Below are positions 1 to 13,264 of a stretch of DNA of 64,000 nucleotides, piece after piece. Origin of the DNA: Monocercomonoides exilis PA203 (Eukaryota > Protista > Preaxostyla); NCBI GenBank assembly GCA_001643675.2, contig LSRY02000009.1, forward strand, positions 1,302,001 through 1,366,000. The letters run 5' to 3'. The notes beneath the pieces were generated by a model, which was given only the letters and a program-made list of their open reading frames with translations, was not told the DNA's origin and did not search any database. The position numbers and the translations under genes are program-made. How positions within the stretch are numbered: position 1 is the stretch's first letter; every line of letters begins with the position of its first letter.

Positions 1-1837
1 GAATGAGAAATATCTGACCATCACTGCAAATGCACCACGGATTGACTGAGTCCATAGAATTTGAAACAAATGAAATATTGTGACCTTGTATTTTGTTTTT
101 CTGCTTGAACAGTATTTGACCTCCAAAATTATATTCAGCTTTCTCTGCATCTTCATTCTGCTCGAAGCCTTCTTTAATTGTCTCAGGAAGATAGGCTGTG
201 CTCTTTCTTTCTTCAATAAAAGAGCTAATTGCAAAACTTTTAGGAGGAAAAGATTCATTCATATCGTTGCATTCATGAGCCAAAACAAGCAGTTCAGGAA
301 AAGCAGAAACATAGCTACACCTTTTTGCGCAACTGTTCTTCTGACATGATTTGCAAAAAATCTTGTTAGGATGTTTCAATTGTTCTTTGTCAAACAATTT
401 TGATAATCCATAAAGCACGGATTTATCATGAACAATTGTGTAATCTGATAAATTTTCTATTTTCGATGTGATGGAATGACATGTTTGACATTCCACACAG
501 TTGATCAAAATTTGTATTGTACAATTTTGGTTTATAATTTTGTTGGTTTTGAAGAGATGTGCAATTTTCACAAATGCTTCGACTGCATTTTGTTGCTGTC
601 TGCGTCCTTTGCTAAAATAATCGTCCCACATATCAATGAATTGATTTGTCCATAAATCAAAAACAGGAAAGTTCGTAAATAAATTGTAACAAATTTTGAA
701 AAGTGAAGAAGCCAGGCAATTATTGACTCTGTCTGAGTCAGAAAATGTAAATATGGAAGTTGATGCAAAACAAGTTGAAAAACATTGCAAATTTGATGCT
801 AGGTAACAAGTGTTGCCAAGGTTTCTCAAACCTTTCCTTTCTAAAAGATTGTAATTGCACTCCTTTTGTTTTGAAATATCAGACATTCTCGTCAAACGCT
901 GTGAAAGTGGTTCTTCTAATTCATTGCACTTCGAAGTTAATTTGTCAATTGTTATGAAGGAATGTGTACTTTGTGTAATTAAACTTTGTGATATTTCTGA
1001 TTCAGAAAAAAAAAAAGATAATAACTTGTGGAGAAAATAATAAAGAAAATTACTAACATGTCAAAAAAATAATAAAAATATAAAACCTGTTTCTTTCTTT
1101 TTTGTTTTTTCATCTTTACATAAAATATATTTATCCCACCCTTCTTCATCGATCATTGGATCTATTTCCATTTCTTTCTTGGTGCTTTTTCTGGTTTTCA
1201 AAGATGACGAAGATTCAGAAGAGTGAAGAAGCATCCAATTATTTGCCGTTTCCCACTCAATTTCAGGCAGTCCTAATATCGTTTGCAAAAAACCAATTAA
1301 TGTTAATTATTATTAAAAAAATAGTCAAACCACTTTTGCATTCTGGTTGTTGCGGATTTTGAGGAATACATAATTCATCTCTATTTTTTTTCAAGGTTTG
1401 CTTCGCGTAATTCAGTTTTCCAATTGTGACATCATAACCTCTATTTTCCATTTGTTCCAAGTTCATTGTGCGACTTAGGGCTTGCAGCATCACGGTTTGC
1501 GTATGTAGTGGTGCGTTATTGTATACTTTTGCCAATTCATCCAATAAAATATTATAAGTTTCTTATTCGAATGTGTATAATAGGACATATATATTCATAT
1601 TCAATAATAGATCGAATCAAATTTTAAATAACCAAATATTAAATCTCAAAAAATTTAAAACAAACTATTTAGATTGGTTCTTATTATATTAATGAAAGAT
1701 GAAGCTTTTCGATAGTTCGTGAAGAAATACATAAGCAACTGGTTCACATTTTCCCCACCAATCCGTTTCACTTCTTTCCATAATGTTTCCGAGCGGCTGT
1801 GAAGAGTGGAAATAGAAATATCTGGCATTTTCATCAT
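1..1837 (-). mobile_element. Diverged copy of the USP-containing transposase gene (N-terminal exons plus USP domain), frameshifted and running off the window edge
   Basis: Track ORFs 1655-1930, 1263-1544 and 1061-1288 are collinear homologs of 38657-39715 (TLHSRSETLWKEVKRIGG vs TLYSRCKVLWNEIKRIGG; NNAPLHTQTVMLQALSR vs NNAPLHTQTTMLQALSR; EWETANNWMLLHSSESSSSL vs EWEKGNSWMLAHSTEASSSL), separated by GT..AG introns. My hand translation of the minus strand below ~860 (absent from the track because it has no stop in the window) gives RKGLRNLGNTCYLASNLQC (Cys codon 808-806), GRRQQQNAVEAF, CQTC, CKSC and AFPELLVLAHEC. After a frameshift near 200-220 it gives GQILFKQKNKIQGHNISFV..WCICSD. Confidence 0.85.
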
Positions 1838-3699
1838 CTCAAAGATTATATTTTTAATGTTGGGTGAACTTCCTTTAAAGATGAAATGAAAAGGATATAA
1901 TACAATCCAAAAAACGAGAGCAAATTTCATGAACGCTTATTTGTTGAGCAAAGTTTCAGTCCTTTTCAAATGAAAAATACAATCAAAGAAAAAAAAGATT
2001 GATATCAAAAAGGTGAAATTGAAAATACTGAAAGAAGTTCATCATGAACAACTTCCATGGCCAATTGAAGAAGAGAGAAATGAAACGCAAATGAGATTTT
2101 CTTTTCATGAATAACGAAATAATAAACTTTCTTTAAGTGAAGCACATAATTGACTATAGAGCAAAGATTGTTATCAAATAGTTGTATAATGGGCAAACAG
2201 TAAAACAAAAAGAGAAAGAATAGAAAAAATGTCAAAAGGGGATAAACACATCAAATCAACAGAAAAATGGAAGGAAATTAGAAGTGGGTGAAAACAAAGG
2301 AAACACATAACGCCAAATCAAGCGCAAATAGAAATATGGATGAAGAGGCCAATGGATGTCATTTCAACGAGCTTTCACAATTTCTTTTGTTCACATCACT
2401 CAGCTCTTCCTTCGAAGCCCTAGTTGTAGATCTCAACAATTTCCCTCCATTCCCATCATATTGAAATGAACACATCCTCCATATCCAACAATTCATCAAC
2501 CATGAAAATAACAATACTCTATGAAACTGAGCAAGTCTTAATCCGCACCTATCATTTCATCTCAACGTCTGCCTCTCTCCGAATGACACACATATCTTCA
2601 CCGTTTCCCATAGCAACAGCTTATTTCACACACCTCGTAACCTTCTCTCATCTTGCCTTCCCTTCTTCTTCTTCTTCATTCCCTCAAGTCAGCCTATCAT
2701 TTATCACGCAAAGTCAAGGAATCCCCATCTACTTTGGGAGAGAAAGAGAGACCTCTCTTCATCACCTCTTCCAATGCTCCATGGACACCTTCATGTACCA
2801 TTTCACCAGCTCCCTCATAATATCTGTTATAATCTCTCTCCATCCCTCTAATAAAACCCATGCCTCTTCCACCACAAATTGCCACAGATCAGCATGCTTA
2901 CCAATAACATTTGCTCCCAAACACCTCCAAAGCATACCCTATTCCACAACCAGTCTTTTCCTCTTTAACAAACCATCTCAAACTGAGCATCAACAACTCT
3001 CTATAAGCACTTTCTCGTTCACCTCAATAATCAATTTCTCCAACTCTTCACTGCTCTGTCCTTCAACAGCAACCTCATTCCTAATACAAAAACCCACTGA
3101 ATTCACATTTCAATAAAACCTAATCACATGATTTGAAAAATTTATCTACGTTTCTCCTAACATTCAGAGACCTTCACAATGAATTGAACAGTTTCAATGA
3201 TGTCATGGCAGATGAAAGAAGACGAATATAAATTAATCAATAATTTGGAAGTGCCTTAAGTGGGATTGCATCTTTTCAAGCCCAAAGGAATATTTGTGTG
3301 AAATCCATTCATCACACGAGCAATGCAGTTTCAAAATGCAATGATCTCCTTGATGTGACAAATAAGCATCCGGATCTGCATTTTCACACAAAAACTGTCA
3401 AATTATCCGCTCAAACAAATTGTAACTCATGCAACAAAAACAGGGATTCTTCCCCGCATGCAATGATTTTTGCTCTTGCAAAAGGAACTGGTTTGATGGT
3501 AATTCATTTTTTCGTTAGAAGGCAGCTCGTTACGGAAAAAACTTGCCCATCCAAACTTCTTAAAAGTTTTCCTTTTGCACACTGCTTCCGCACACTTGCT
3601 TCGCACAATACAATTTTATTCATTCAATTCTATCGCAATTCAATGCTGCGGTCTGGCTTGAATCATCAGCCTGCTGATTTAAATCATTCTGCACAATGC

Positions 3700-4250
3700 C
3701 CGATTCGTTCCAAGGTTCAGCGCAATTAACCTTCACGAAAATATATTGGCGCAAATTTTACATTTCCAGATGAACAGAGTACAGCATATTATGCGCGAAA
3801 AATGCTCAAAACTCGCATGAAAAATTCAATCAAGTGTTTCGGATTTGATTATGGTTATAAATGCATCATTATCGAGCTAAGCATGGGAGCTATTCGTCGC
3901 AAGATTTGTTTATAATTATCAGCAACAAATGAAAAGCAAATATTGTTTTCGGAATCAATCGAACATTTGTTATGAAAAAAATGGATTATGATCATCAAAA
4001 TGCTTTTGTATTGTATTTCCAGTGGCTGTTCAGAATGGGGTCTATTTCGTTGGTTATGTCGAAGCAACTCGTTTTAAAGCAAAATGAAACATTAACATAT
4101 GTGTTTGCGAGTTATTTTGTATGTTTTGTTGCGCATGAATGGAAACAATTTTTCTGCAGAATGAATGGTGCGTCAGCGCAAAGCACTGCACCTGTACAGC
4201 AATAGACGAAGGACAATGATACTCTACAAGTGTTGCTAAGGTTCGCATTG
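3700..4250 (+). pseudogene. Possible decayed Mutator-like (MULE) transposase fragment
   Basis: Only scattered motif-like pieces across frames (FP.., AFVLYFQW, NINICVCELF) in MULE-like order; many stops and frameshifts. Confidence 0.2.
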
Positions 4251-6567
4251 CAATGGGTCCAGAAGAAAAATTTAAAGATGGAAAGTCTTTATGAATGGTA
4301 ATTGTTCAGGATATTGGAGAATACAAAATAAAAGAGAGGGACGAAAAATATCCATTTGAACATACGAAAATGACACATTTTATGTTGAAGTTATGTCTGT
4401 GTAATAAACCGATGGATATGCTTCGTTTTGGTCATCATATATTTTCAAGCTGGATTGAGCAAAGAAAAAGAGAAAAAGAAAAAGAAAAAAAGAGAAATGT
4501 GGAAAAGAAGAAATTACAGAGTTGTCTGAGCTAAATGAAAAGCTCGAATACTCAAGCCAATCTTACACGGATATTGAAAAAAGGATAAAGGCAAATGGAT
4601 AACTGCAAAGAAAAATAAAGGAGGCAACTATAACAAAAGGAGGACGAATAAGAAAAAATGAAGGAAGGGAACTACCATTTGCGAATGACAAAACAAGTGA
4701 TTGAAAAGGCGACGAATTTGATTACAGCCAATGAGCAAGGCAAGAGAATGTTTTATGTTTGCCTGTACCAAACAAAGACAGCAAACAGCAATATCTGCTG
4801 AATCGGCTGCTTATTTCATTCATTTGTTCTTCGACTTGTTTGCCTCAGCTGCAAATCCAATAAAGCAACAGGGCTTACAAACGCAGTTGTCTGGCAAAAA
4901 CAAAAGGACTTATTTTACGGAGCGAAACAACGGAACACGAAGCAAGTTTGAAGGGGTAAAAAATCCGCCCTCAAGACAGCCACGAGTTACAAAGCATGGC
5001 AGAGTATTCCAACAGAGAAATGATTCATTGCAGCAAATAGACATGAAAATGAAAAAGGGGAGAATTGCCAAAAGAGACGAATGACAGGGTATCACAAGAG
5101 AAAGCAAAGAAGAAAATGGAAATGTTGGCTAACTTTGTGATGCAAATGAGAAAGAAAAATGGAAAAGATGAAGAAAACTATCAAAAAGTGGAAGACTTGA
5201 GATTGATTCTAAATGAGTAGGAAACAGCGAAGCAAAACACGATAAAGCGAAACGAACGCGAGCGAGGCAGCGACAAAAAAAGAGAAATGAGCAGAAGAGA
5301 TATCTCAAGCAAACGAAAAACAGCGCCAAAGTGATCAAAAACAAACAAGAAAAGAAAAGAAAAGAAAAAAATGCCAGTTTGGATTTGATTGAAAAGAAAA
5401 ATGCGGCAGTATCAAACAGGTGGTTCATTGCTGCTATCGTCCTTTTCTTGTTCTTCTTCAGATCAACTGGATGTGCTCCAAAGTGTGCCAGATATTTACT
5501 GCTTGTTGCCGCATGCTGTTCTTTTCATCTTCATAGGCTTTTTTGTTTTGTCTCGTTGCGTTCCACTTTTCTTTTCCAGAAAACGCTCAATCTTGTGTTG
5601 CTCTCTCCCCTTCTCTCTTCTGAAGAATTGATATTTATCAACGCTTTTTGCGTCAAACTGCATTGGCATCGAAAGGCATTTGCTCAACTTAAGCTCGTGT
5701 GGCAGTCGCATGCTAATAATAAGTGATGGCGAGGGTTATTTCATTTGTCCTATTCCTTCGTTTTTTGCTTTCTTTTCTTCCCCATTATTGTCAAACTTCT
5801 GCAACATTGCCTCAAGGATTCCACCTTTCAAATCACATTTCTGTTCTTTGTGATGCATTTCATCTTCGTCTTCTTCACTCACTTCAATGGATATCAATAA
5901 TATTGTTGCTTTCTTCCAATCAAAATCCATCAGATTCAATGACGGGCCTTATCTCCTGTGACTATTCAGGAGCACAACACTAATTTTCAATTTGTCATGA
6001 GCAGCAGCTGAGTCTGTGCAAGGATGGAAGAGATATTATTTTGAGAAAAGAAAAGTCGATTAGCAGGGATGCAACAAAAAAGAGAGAGAGAGAGATCGAT
6101 TCTTTCTTTTTCATTTGGAGGTTGAAGGGTACGCAGAAGAAAAAGAAGAAGGAGGAGGAGAAGCTGTTTAGAATGAGTGATTCGACAGTGCCTTTCGAGA
6201 GATTTTGCAACGTCATGTGCATTCAACGAGTCGCGAAAAATAAAAAGAGAAGATGAACTGAATTTGAAGGAGAAGTGCATTCAAATGAGGATTTAAGAAA
6301 AGGGGGCATGAATAGCATGCAGACAAATTGGAATGGAAAAAATGAAGAAATTATAATTTATGTGAAACTACAAGATATCGTCGAAGAAATACTCTTTTGA
6401 AGAAAGGAAAAAGATAATACCTTCGCACTGAGGGCTGACTCGAAATTGAAGAAACAAAATTAGAGAAACTTATGAGGATATATTTTTTCTGCGTTGATGT
6501 TATTCTTTTTCAAAGCAAATAGTAGCATATATGCCAGTTGAAAATGGGATGAAAGCTCATGAATTTG

Positions 6568-7860
6568 TCAATGATTCGGAAAATATTCGAAAATTAAAAG
6601 AAACGATGACAGAAAATCAACTGTTTTATATGATGAAACAAGAAGGAACAATAAAGAAATTTGAAAAAGTCCATTATTTCCAGTGATTTTAGTGTCAACC
6701 GCGCTGAAGGTGAGTGTTTGAATGGGAACAAATGTTGAGGAAAGGAGGGTGAGAGAGGCGTCTTGGAGGAGGGAAATGAAGCCAGTGAGGGCATACTCGA
6801 TGGTGGCACATGGGGTCTGATCTACTCTACCACAGATTTCCACATCACTTCCACCATTTGCAACGATTTTGTTCTGAGCAATGAGGGGGAGCCAGCTATT
6901 ATATTCAGCATTGTCAGCTGTTCCTTGATTCCACACTCTTTTTGTTGGAGTTGTTGAACCACAATTCTCGAATGGAGATTGAGTGATTGCATTGCCACTG
7001 AAAAACACATCATTCCCCCTGCCATTAGTTGCGGAATTGCCATCGAAGAAGCAGAATGTGATGAATTTTACTCCGTTCATCCATGAATAAGTTGAAAGAA
7101 AATAAATGGCAGCACCTCCGTAATTTGTTGAGGCAGTCAATATGTCGTTTTCGAATTGGCAATCATTGATTAAAAACTGGTTTGGCTGGTAACTTGAAGG
7201 ATTATAAAACGTTAGAGAACCAGTAGAATCTTTTTCAGAATTTGCAAAACACTTACATTTGGAAAACAGGAATTGGCAAGTTAAATTCATGTAAAGGATG
7301 GCAAAAAACCAACCAGTTCCGTATGAGTCTGTAATCGAACAACTTTCGACTTTGTTTTCAGTGAACGAATAATCACAATAAGTTTGATTGCAATAGACAT
7401 AAGCAGCTCCACCATGAGCAGCTGAACAGCTGGTGAAGTTGGATTTTGCGATGTCAATTTTCAACAAAGCATTACAAAACAACGCTGCTCCTTCCCCGTA
7501 AGTTGAGCATTTGTTGAATGAACAGGAAGTGATTGTGAGATTTGCATTTGCACGGTTAACATAAAGAGCTCCTCCTTCACTTGATCCACCAGTTGTATTT
7601 TCCCATATGCACCATTCAAATTTATGGCTGTTAACATCAAAGGAATCCAGTCTTCCAAGTTTCACTTTTTGAGATTCAGTTCCAATATACTCAACAGCAG
7701 CATTTGATGAAGAACGTGTTTGGCGGAGGAAAGAGGCATTGAAGGCAGAGAGAGAAGTTGATGGGATGTTGAGGGAAGTGAAAATGGCACCATCGATAAG
7801 GTTGTGGGTGTGGAGGAAGATGGTTGAGTGGATGGAGAGGGATGAGTGAAGAGAGAAAGA
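6568..7860 (-). pseudogene. N-terminal fragment of a Pmp-like/right-handed beta-helix surface protein (expanded family)
   Basis: 365-aa ORF with GGAL/GAAL/GGAA plus FxxC/FxxN repeats and the family motif CGRVDQTPCATIEYAL. Homology ends abruptly at ITGN (~6675). A T/C-rich stretch upstream on the coding strand may be a leader. Confidence 0.7.
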
Positions 7861-8499
7861 GGGGATTGTTTTTTAGTTGGTTGAAGTGAACCTGAAATTT
7901 GTTTTTACAAAAGCGAAAGAAGATTTTAACTGGAATCTAATTTTAATTTGCGTGAAATGTCTTTTGATTTTTCTTTCTTTGTTCATTTTTGTGACGGTTG
8001 TTGAAACGATAAGTTAGAAAAAGAGTTCTTTTTTAACAATTACAATCTGTAAATTACTATTATTCAAATATATTAAAAAAGAGTGTAGAAATAATTTTTC
8101 TTTTCTTTTTGTTTCTGAATGTTTTATATTTTGAAATAACTTTATTGCACTTTGTTAAAAAAAGATATCTTTATTAAAAAATGTCCAGTCGGAGGATAAT
8201 ACCAAATAAAATATGAAGTACCATTATTTATGTATTTTTCTCACTTTTTTGCATCCAAAGATTTTTTTGACAAGCCCTTTTGTGTACTGACCGTTGTTTG
8301 CTGAAAATGTTAGTCTTTTATTTGTTTTCAATTCCTATACTGAAAACATTTGTTTTCTTGTTGTTGATGTCTCATATGATGTTCTTTTTCTTTTTTCCCC
8401 TTTTGGTGGATATAATGCAAAACAATGTTTTTATCAAAAATTCTTTTAACGAATTTTGAAGATAATGCGCAATGCCAAAACTGCGTAGAAAATATGATC

Positions 8500-9010
8500 A
8501 GCGTTTGAAAGAAGGAAGCCACGAGCGGGAAAGAGATTCAGGGATTTTTTAGTGCATAAATTCGGGACAGCCTTTCAAAGAGATTTTTCCACAAAGCTTA
8601 AAGCTTCATTATCTGCGAGTGAAGCAAAACTTGAAGGTGGAGCCGAAGCTTGAGTTGACGAAGAAAGAAATTTCAGATGATATTTCCTGGCTTGTGACAA
8701 ATGGCGGGGGCTTTTGCAGCAGAGAAGAAGGACTCCGAACATGGAAGATTAATGGGATATTTCCCACAGTTTTAGGGGGGTCGTCGTCTGCCGGAGGAGG
8801 CAAAATCGAAAGCTTGTGAAAATGATTATGAACTGTTTGATTCGAACCAATTACAGATTATCTTGTCTTTCTTTTGCAGATCATGCAAGTTATTGGAATC
8901 TGCGAATCTGTTTTGATGACATTCACGAATCATTTTTTGGAGAGCTATTCGGATTACAACATTCGTTTTCTGATCCATCAATTGGAGTTATTGCATGTGT
9001 GATGAGATTA
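8500..9010 (+). pseudogene. Possible decayed MULE-like transposase fragment
   Basis: Pieces FKEIFPQSLKLHYLR and YWNLRICFDDIHESFFGEL resemble the MULE FP..C.xH and W....ESF segments; interrupted. Confidence 0.2.
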
Positions 9011-12000
9011 TTATTTTTAAAAAAAAAGTTTTTAAGGACTTCTATTTTAACTATTATTTTGTGTTTGTGTGTGCGCTTGCTGTTTGAACTTGTGTCCAGA
9101 TGAATTTGAAAGCAAGTGCTTTTTTATTTTGTTCTGAATTGGAAGGATGTTTCAAACAATTTCTTGGGACATACGACAAATACCTCATGGATAGAGAAAA
9201 ATTGAAGTGGTTTGTGCTTTTGTCATTTTGTTTTAACTGATATTTTTGTCAACTTGTTTGTTATTTCTGTTGCTATTTTCTGTATTTTTGCGGTGCTTGA
9301 CAAACAACATGCTTTTTACTTCATCAACACAGGCTTCAGTCATTTGTTGGGCGTGTACAATCTGGCTTCTTTGGCCTTGCAGGTGCTCGGCATGCTGTGA
9401 TAGCCTCTTTGCAACCGATCGGATCAGAGGAGCCTGCGATCCCCATTGCAGAGCGAGAGAGGCGGCTTATTGAGTCGTTGGGGAAGCAGCAGGAAACACA
9501 CACAGTCAACGATCCACGCTTTCCAGCACAAATTCCTGCTGAGTTACCACTCCCTTATCCAGCACGCTCTCCTCCCTTACCATTTGCACAGCCTCGCTCT
9601 GATTGCATGGGCAGCTCATTGGCTGGGCAAAACAAGACAGACACTTCTCTTTCAGCGGACAAAGATGGGATATTTGGCTCTGTTCAGATTCCGCAGATTC
9701 CTCTGTCTTCAAACAAATCGTCGTGTTTCTATCCCTCTTCTTCTTCTTCTTTAACCCGTCCACATCTTTTCACATTATTCTCTTCTTCGCCACAATTTCC
9801 ATCAATGCTTTATCCAGCTTCGCTGGATGTTCATTTGAACTGCTTTCCTCTTCTGCAGCTGTACACCCCACTCTGCATCAGCATTTCGAACGACATCCGT
9901 GTACTGGCTGTTCAGAATGAGATGAATGGTCATCGCATGAGAAATGCAAGAGGAAGGGGGAAGTAGCTTCAAGGCGCATTGCGTTAATCAGCTCGCTTTA
10001 TGACACCGCCAAGATGCGAAGAGAGAGGAGTACGAGTTCAAATGGAAGAGGCAAAGAAGGCGGATTTCAGAAGCAAGTTAAGTGCAGAGACGAGAAAAGG
10101 GAGAAAGCAGAAAGAGCCAAAGGCGAAGACGAAGAAGAAGGAGAAAGACGAGTTTTACCCATAACAAGTTGACGCTTTCGACGCAAGGCTTCCACAGGCA
10201 GTAACAGGAAAGAGGAGGAGGGACAGGGGAAGAGAAGAAGGAGGTGATGAAAATGATGATGAACAGCATCAAACATTTTATTCTTTTGACAGCACACTCT
10301 CATCTGCTCAGCTGCACACTCGAAACATCACAGCCTCCTCAACATTTGCTCCTACTTTTTCTCCCTTGCCACACACACAATTGTCTGCTCCTTCTGTTCT
10401 TGTTGGAACTCCGCTAAAGCCACTCACTCCTTCATCTCCTGCCACAGACTCCTCTTCACTTACGCAGAAGTCCTTCAACATGACTAGCCCAAGCTCTGCC
10501 TCTTTATCAAACATGTCTTCTTCTTCCTCTCCTTCTTCTTCTTCGTCGTCTTCTCCTCCTCCTCCTTCTTCTTCTTTTCTTCTTCTTCTTTTTCTTCACA
10601 TTTTTAGTCTTCTTCATTAATATTTTTTCTCACTCCCTTCTGGGTCAGAGCATCGATCTTTCAATTCCTATATGCTATTCAATTTGGCGGAGCTGCCATG
10701 TGATCCAATTATTTATTACATTCATATTTCTTTCTCTCGATGTCCGTTCGCCAAGTGCGCCTTCATTTCATTTTTCATTCATTATTCTGATGAGAAAAAA
10801 AACCATTTGGACGAATTCATTCATTTCATTCAAATCAACTTCTTCTTCAACACCTTCTTCGATGAACATCAAAAATTTTGTTGATTATCATATTTAATTC
10901 AACTCCTGTTAAATCCAGGGCCAAGCGTCATCTTTCATTTTCTTTTCGGAAGCACAAAAGGATTATTCATTCTATTACAAAATGTAGCCAAATTTAAATA
11001 GCAATAGAGGTGATTTCGAGTCGAAAAAAGCTGATCAGTCGGAGCGAAATCAAAAAAGGAGGACGACTTTGCCTTTTTTGTTTGGTAGATGAAAGAGGTT
11101 CAGATGAAAAGAGAATATTATCAAAGCAATTCTTGAACGAAATAAATGATTGAAATGATGTTCTTCAGATCACGCAAAGCCAAATGCCTTCAACGAGCAA
11201 TCAAAGATGAAACGATGCGGGAAAGCAATTTATAGAAAATTCATTTTTGTAGAAAAATTCTATGAAAGAAGAGAATAAATGCCTGACAAGCAATGTTGAT
11301 TTCATCAAATGCACATGTGAGATGTTTTCTTCTTTTTTATATGCCATCTCCCCAACTTTCTTCGACTTTGCCTTCATTTGCACCAATCCACCGACAAGTC
11401 AGCTGATGAAATGATTTCTGCCTTATGATCTGCACCTTCTTCAGAAGACCCGTCGCATTACGTGTGCCCTTGCAGGGCATCTTTTATAGCCATCAAAGCA
11501 ATGCATTGATGCCAAGATGACTATCCACGTTTTTATCGTCAGCTGTATTCCCGTTGAGAAATATAAACAAATCGACATCCCAATCACCGAATGCTTCTGT
11601 TCAATAATATCCAACGACCGAGTTTTCTTTCTGAGTGATGTTTCCCATGAGTGCGAACACGGGCTCTTTCACGGAAGCTTCAAGAGACTCGCTAACAAAA
11701 TACTCATTTCTTCTTCATCCTACTCCTTCGTTCTCTCACTTAATTGCCAGAACAGTTTATCTTAGCCTTCAGGTGTAACATTTCACAAGCAGTTATAAAT
11801 GATAATGCTGTGCCGATGCGATTCTGTTCATGGTTCGATTGTTGATATCAATAGAGAAGTGTGTGTTGATTAACATGGCGGAGGCAAGCGTGGTGTTTGA
11901 TGTGAAAGAAGATAGCATCATCAGCATTATCGAAAGGAGAATTTTGATGAAGCAGGCAGAAATGAAAGGAAGATAAGGAGAGGATGGAGAAGGAAACGGG

Positions 12001-12344
12001 AAGGATATGTGATGTGAAGAATAAAGAATTAAAAGGAGAGATCGAGTTAGTTATCCTCGTTGACTACAATCTCCCGGATATCACATTCTCCGTATACTGA
12101 AGCGTTAGAGCTTTATATCTGGTAATGAAATTTGTCTATACTAATTCAGATGCAAAAAGGAAAAAAGGAGTTAACAAACTGTTTTCATTCTTTAAATATT
12201 ATTAATAAAATATTTTTCAACATAAAATTCTTGTTCTCTTTTATGAATGATTATTGTTTGTTAGTTTTCATTTTCAAGATTAAAGATTTTTATTTTATGT
12301 ATTTGTTGAGTTTTTGTTTGATCTTTATTTCTTTTAAGTTCACT

Positions 12345-12553
12345 TTTATTTAACTTGATCAAAAAAAATCTTTTTCACCTAAAGCATAAAAAAGGTATGT
12401 CTTTTGGGGAAGAAAAAATAAAATAAATATAAATTATTGATATAAAAGCTTTACTGTTATGAAAAATAAATATAATTTTTGATCAATTGAAACCACAATT
12501 ATTTTTATTATTTAGTTTTTTGATCTTTTTTATGATATCAAAAAAAATCACCC
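12345..12553. repeat. Dispersed AT-rich repeat ending in ATGATATCAAAAAAAATCACCC (putative non-autonomous DNA transposon end)
   Basis: Homologous to 59935-60142 (taacttgatcaaaaaaa.tctttttca.ctaaa ... tttttgatcttttttatgatatcaaaaaaaatcaccc). The same terminus occurs inverted at 23657. Confidence 0.65.
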
Positions 12554-13264
12554 AAATATTTTCTTTTTCTTTGTATTTGTTAATAATTGGGACGAAATTT
12601 TGTGCTTTCTGAATTTTGTTCCATTTTACTCTGACTTATATTTTTCTCAAATTTTTAATTTATCCTCTTTTTTATTGACGTGGAAATGAAAGACTTATTG
12701 TGTTAAAGCAGGAGGATAATTTTTGAAACAAATCGTTGTTTTTTTTCATAAATGACAGATATTTGCCACAAATGACTTCTTTCCGATGACGAATTTAGGG
12801 TTTAAGATGCGTAATTTGGGGGTCTTTTATTGGAGATTGTTGTATTTTTTTATGTCTTTTGTTTTTGAATTTGTTCACCAACTATTTGAATTACTAAAAA
12901 TAAAATTCGTGAGATTGGCACCTAACTTGGAAGAAAATGTCCAGGACGATGAAACATATCTTCTCATCAAGGAGGTATTATACACTTTCTCATTTCAATG
13001 TTTTGTTTTTCAAAAAATAAAAATTTATCATTTCACAAAAAGAAGTTTCACTTTTTGGTTAATGTGAGATAAAAAATAAAAGAGAATGGCATAACTGTTT
13101 GTTTTCTGAAGTGGCTAATAACTGAAGAAATCAATCGACTTCATTTGTGGAAAAATAAATAAAAATAAGAATAGTGTTGAATATACAGAAATATAAATCG
13201 AAAAGTTAAAATGGCTTTGAAACGTCATAAGATAATAAGATAGTTGAGATGACTTGCTCTTAAT

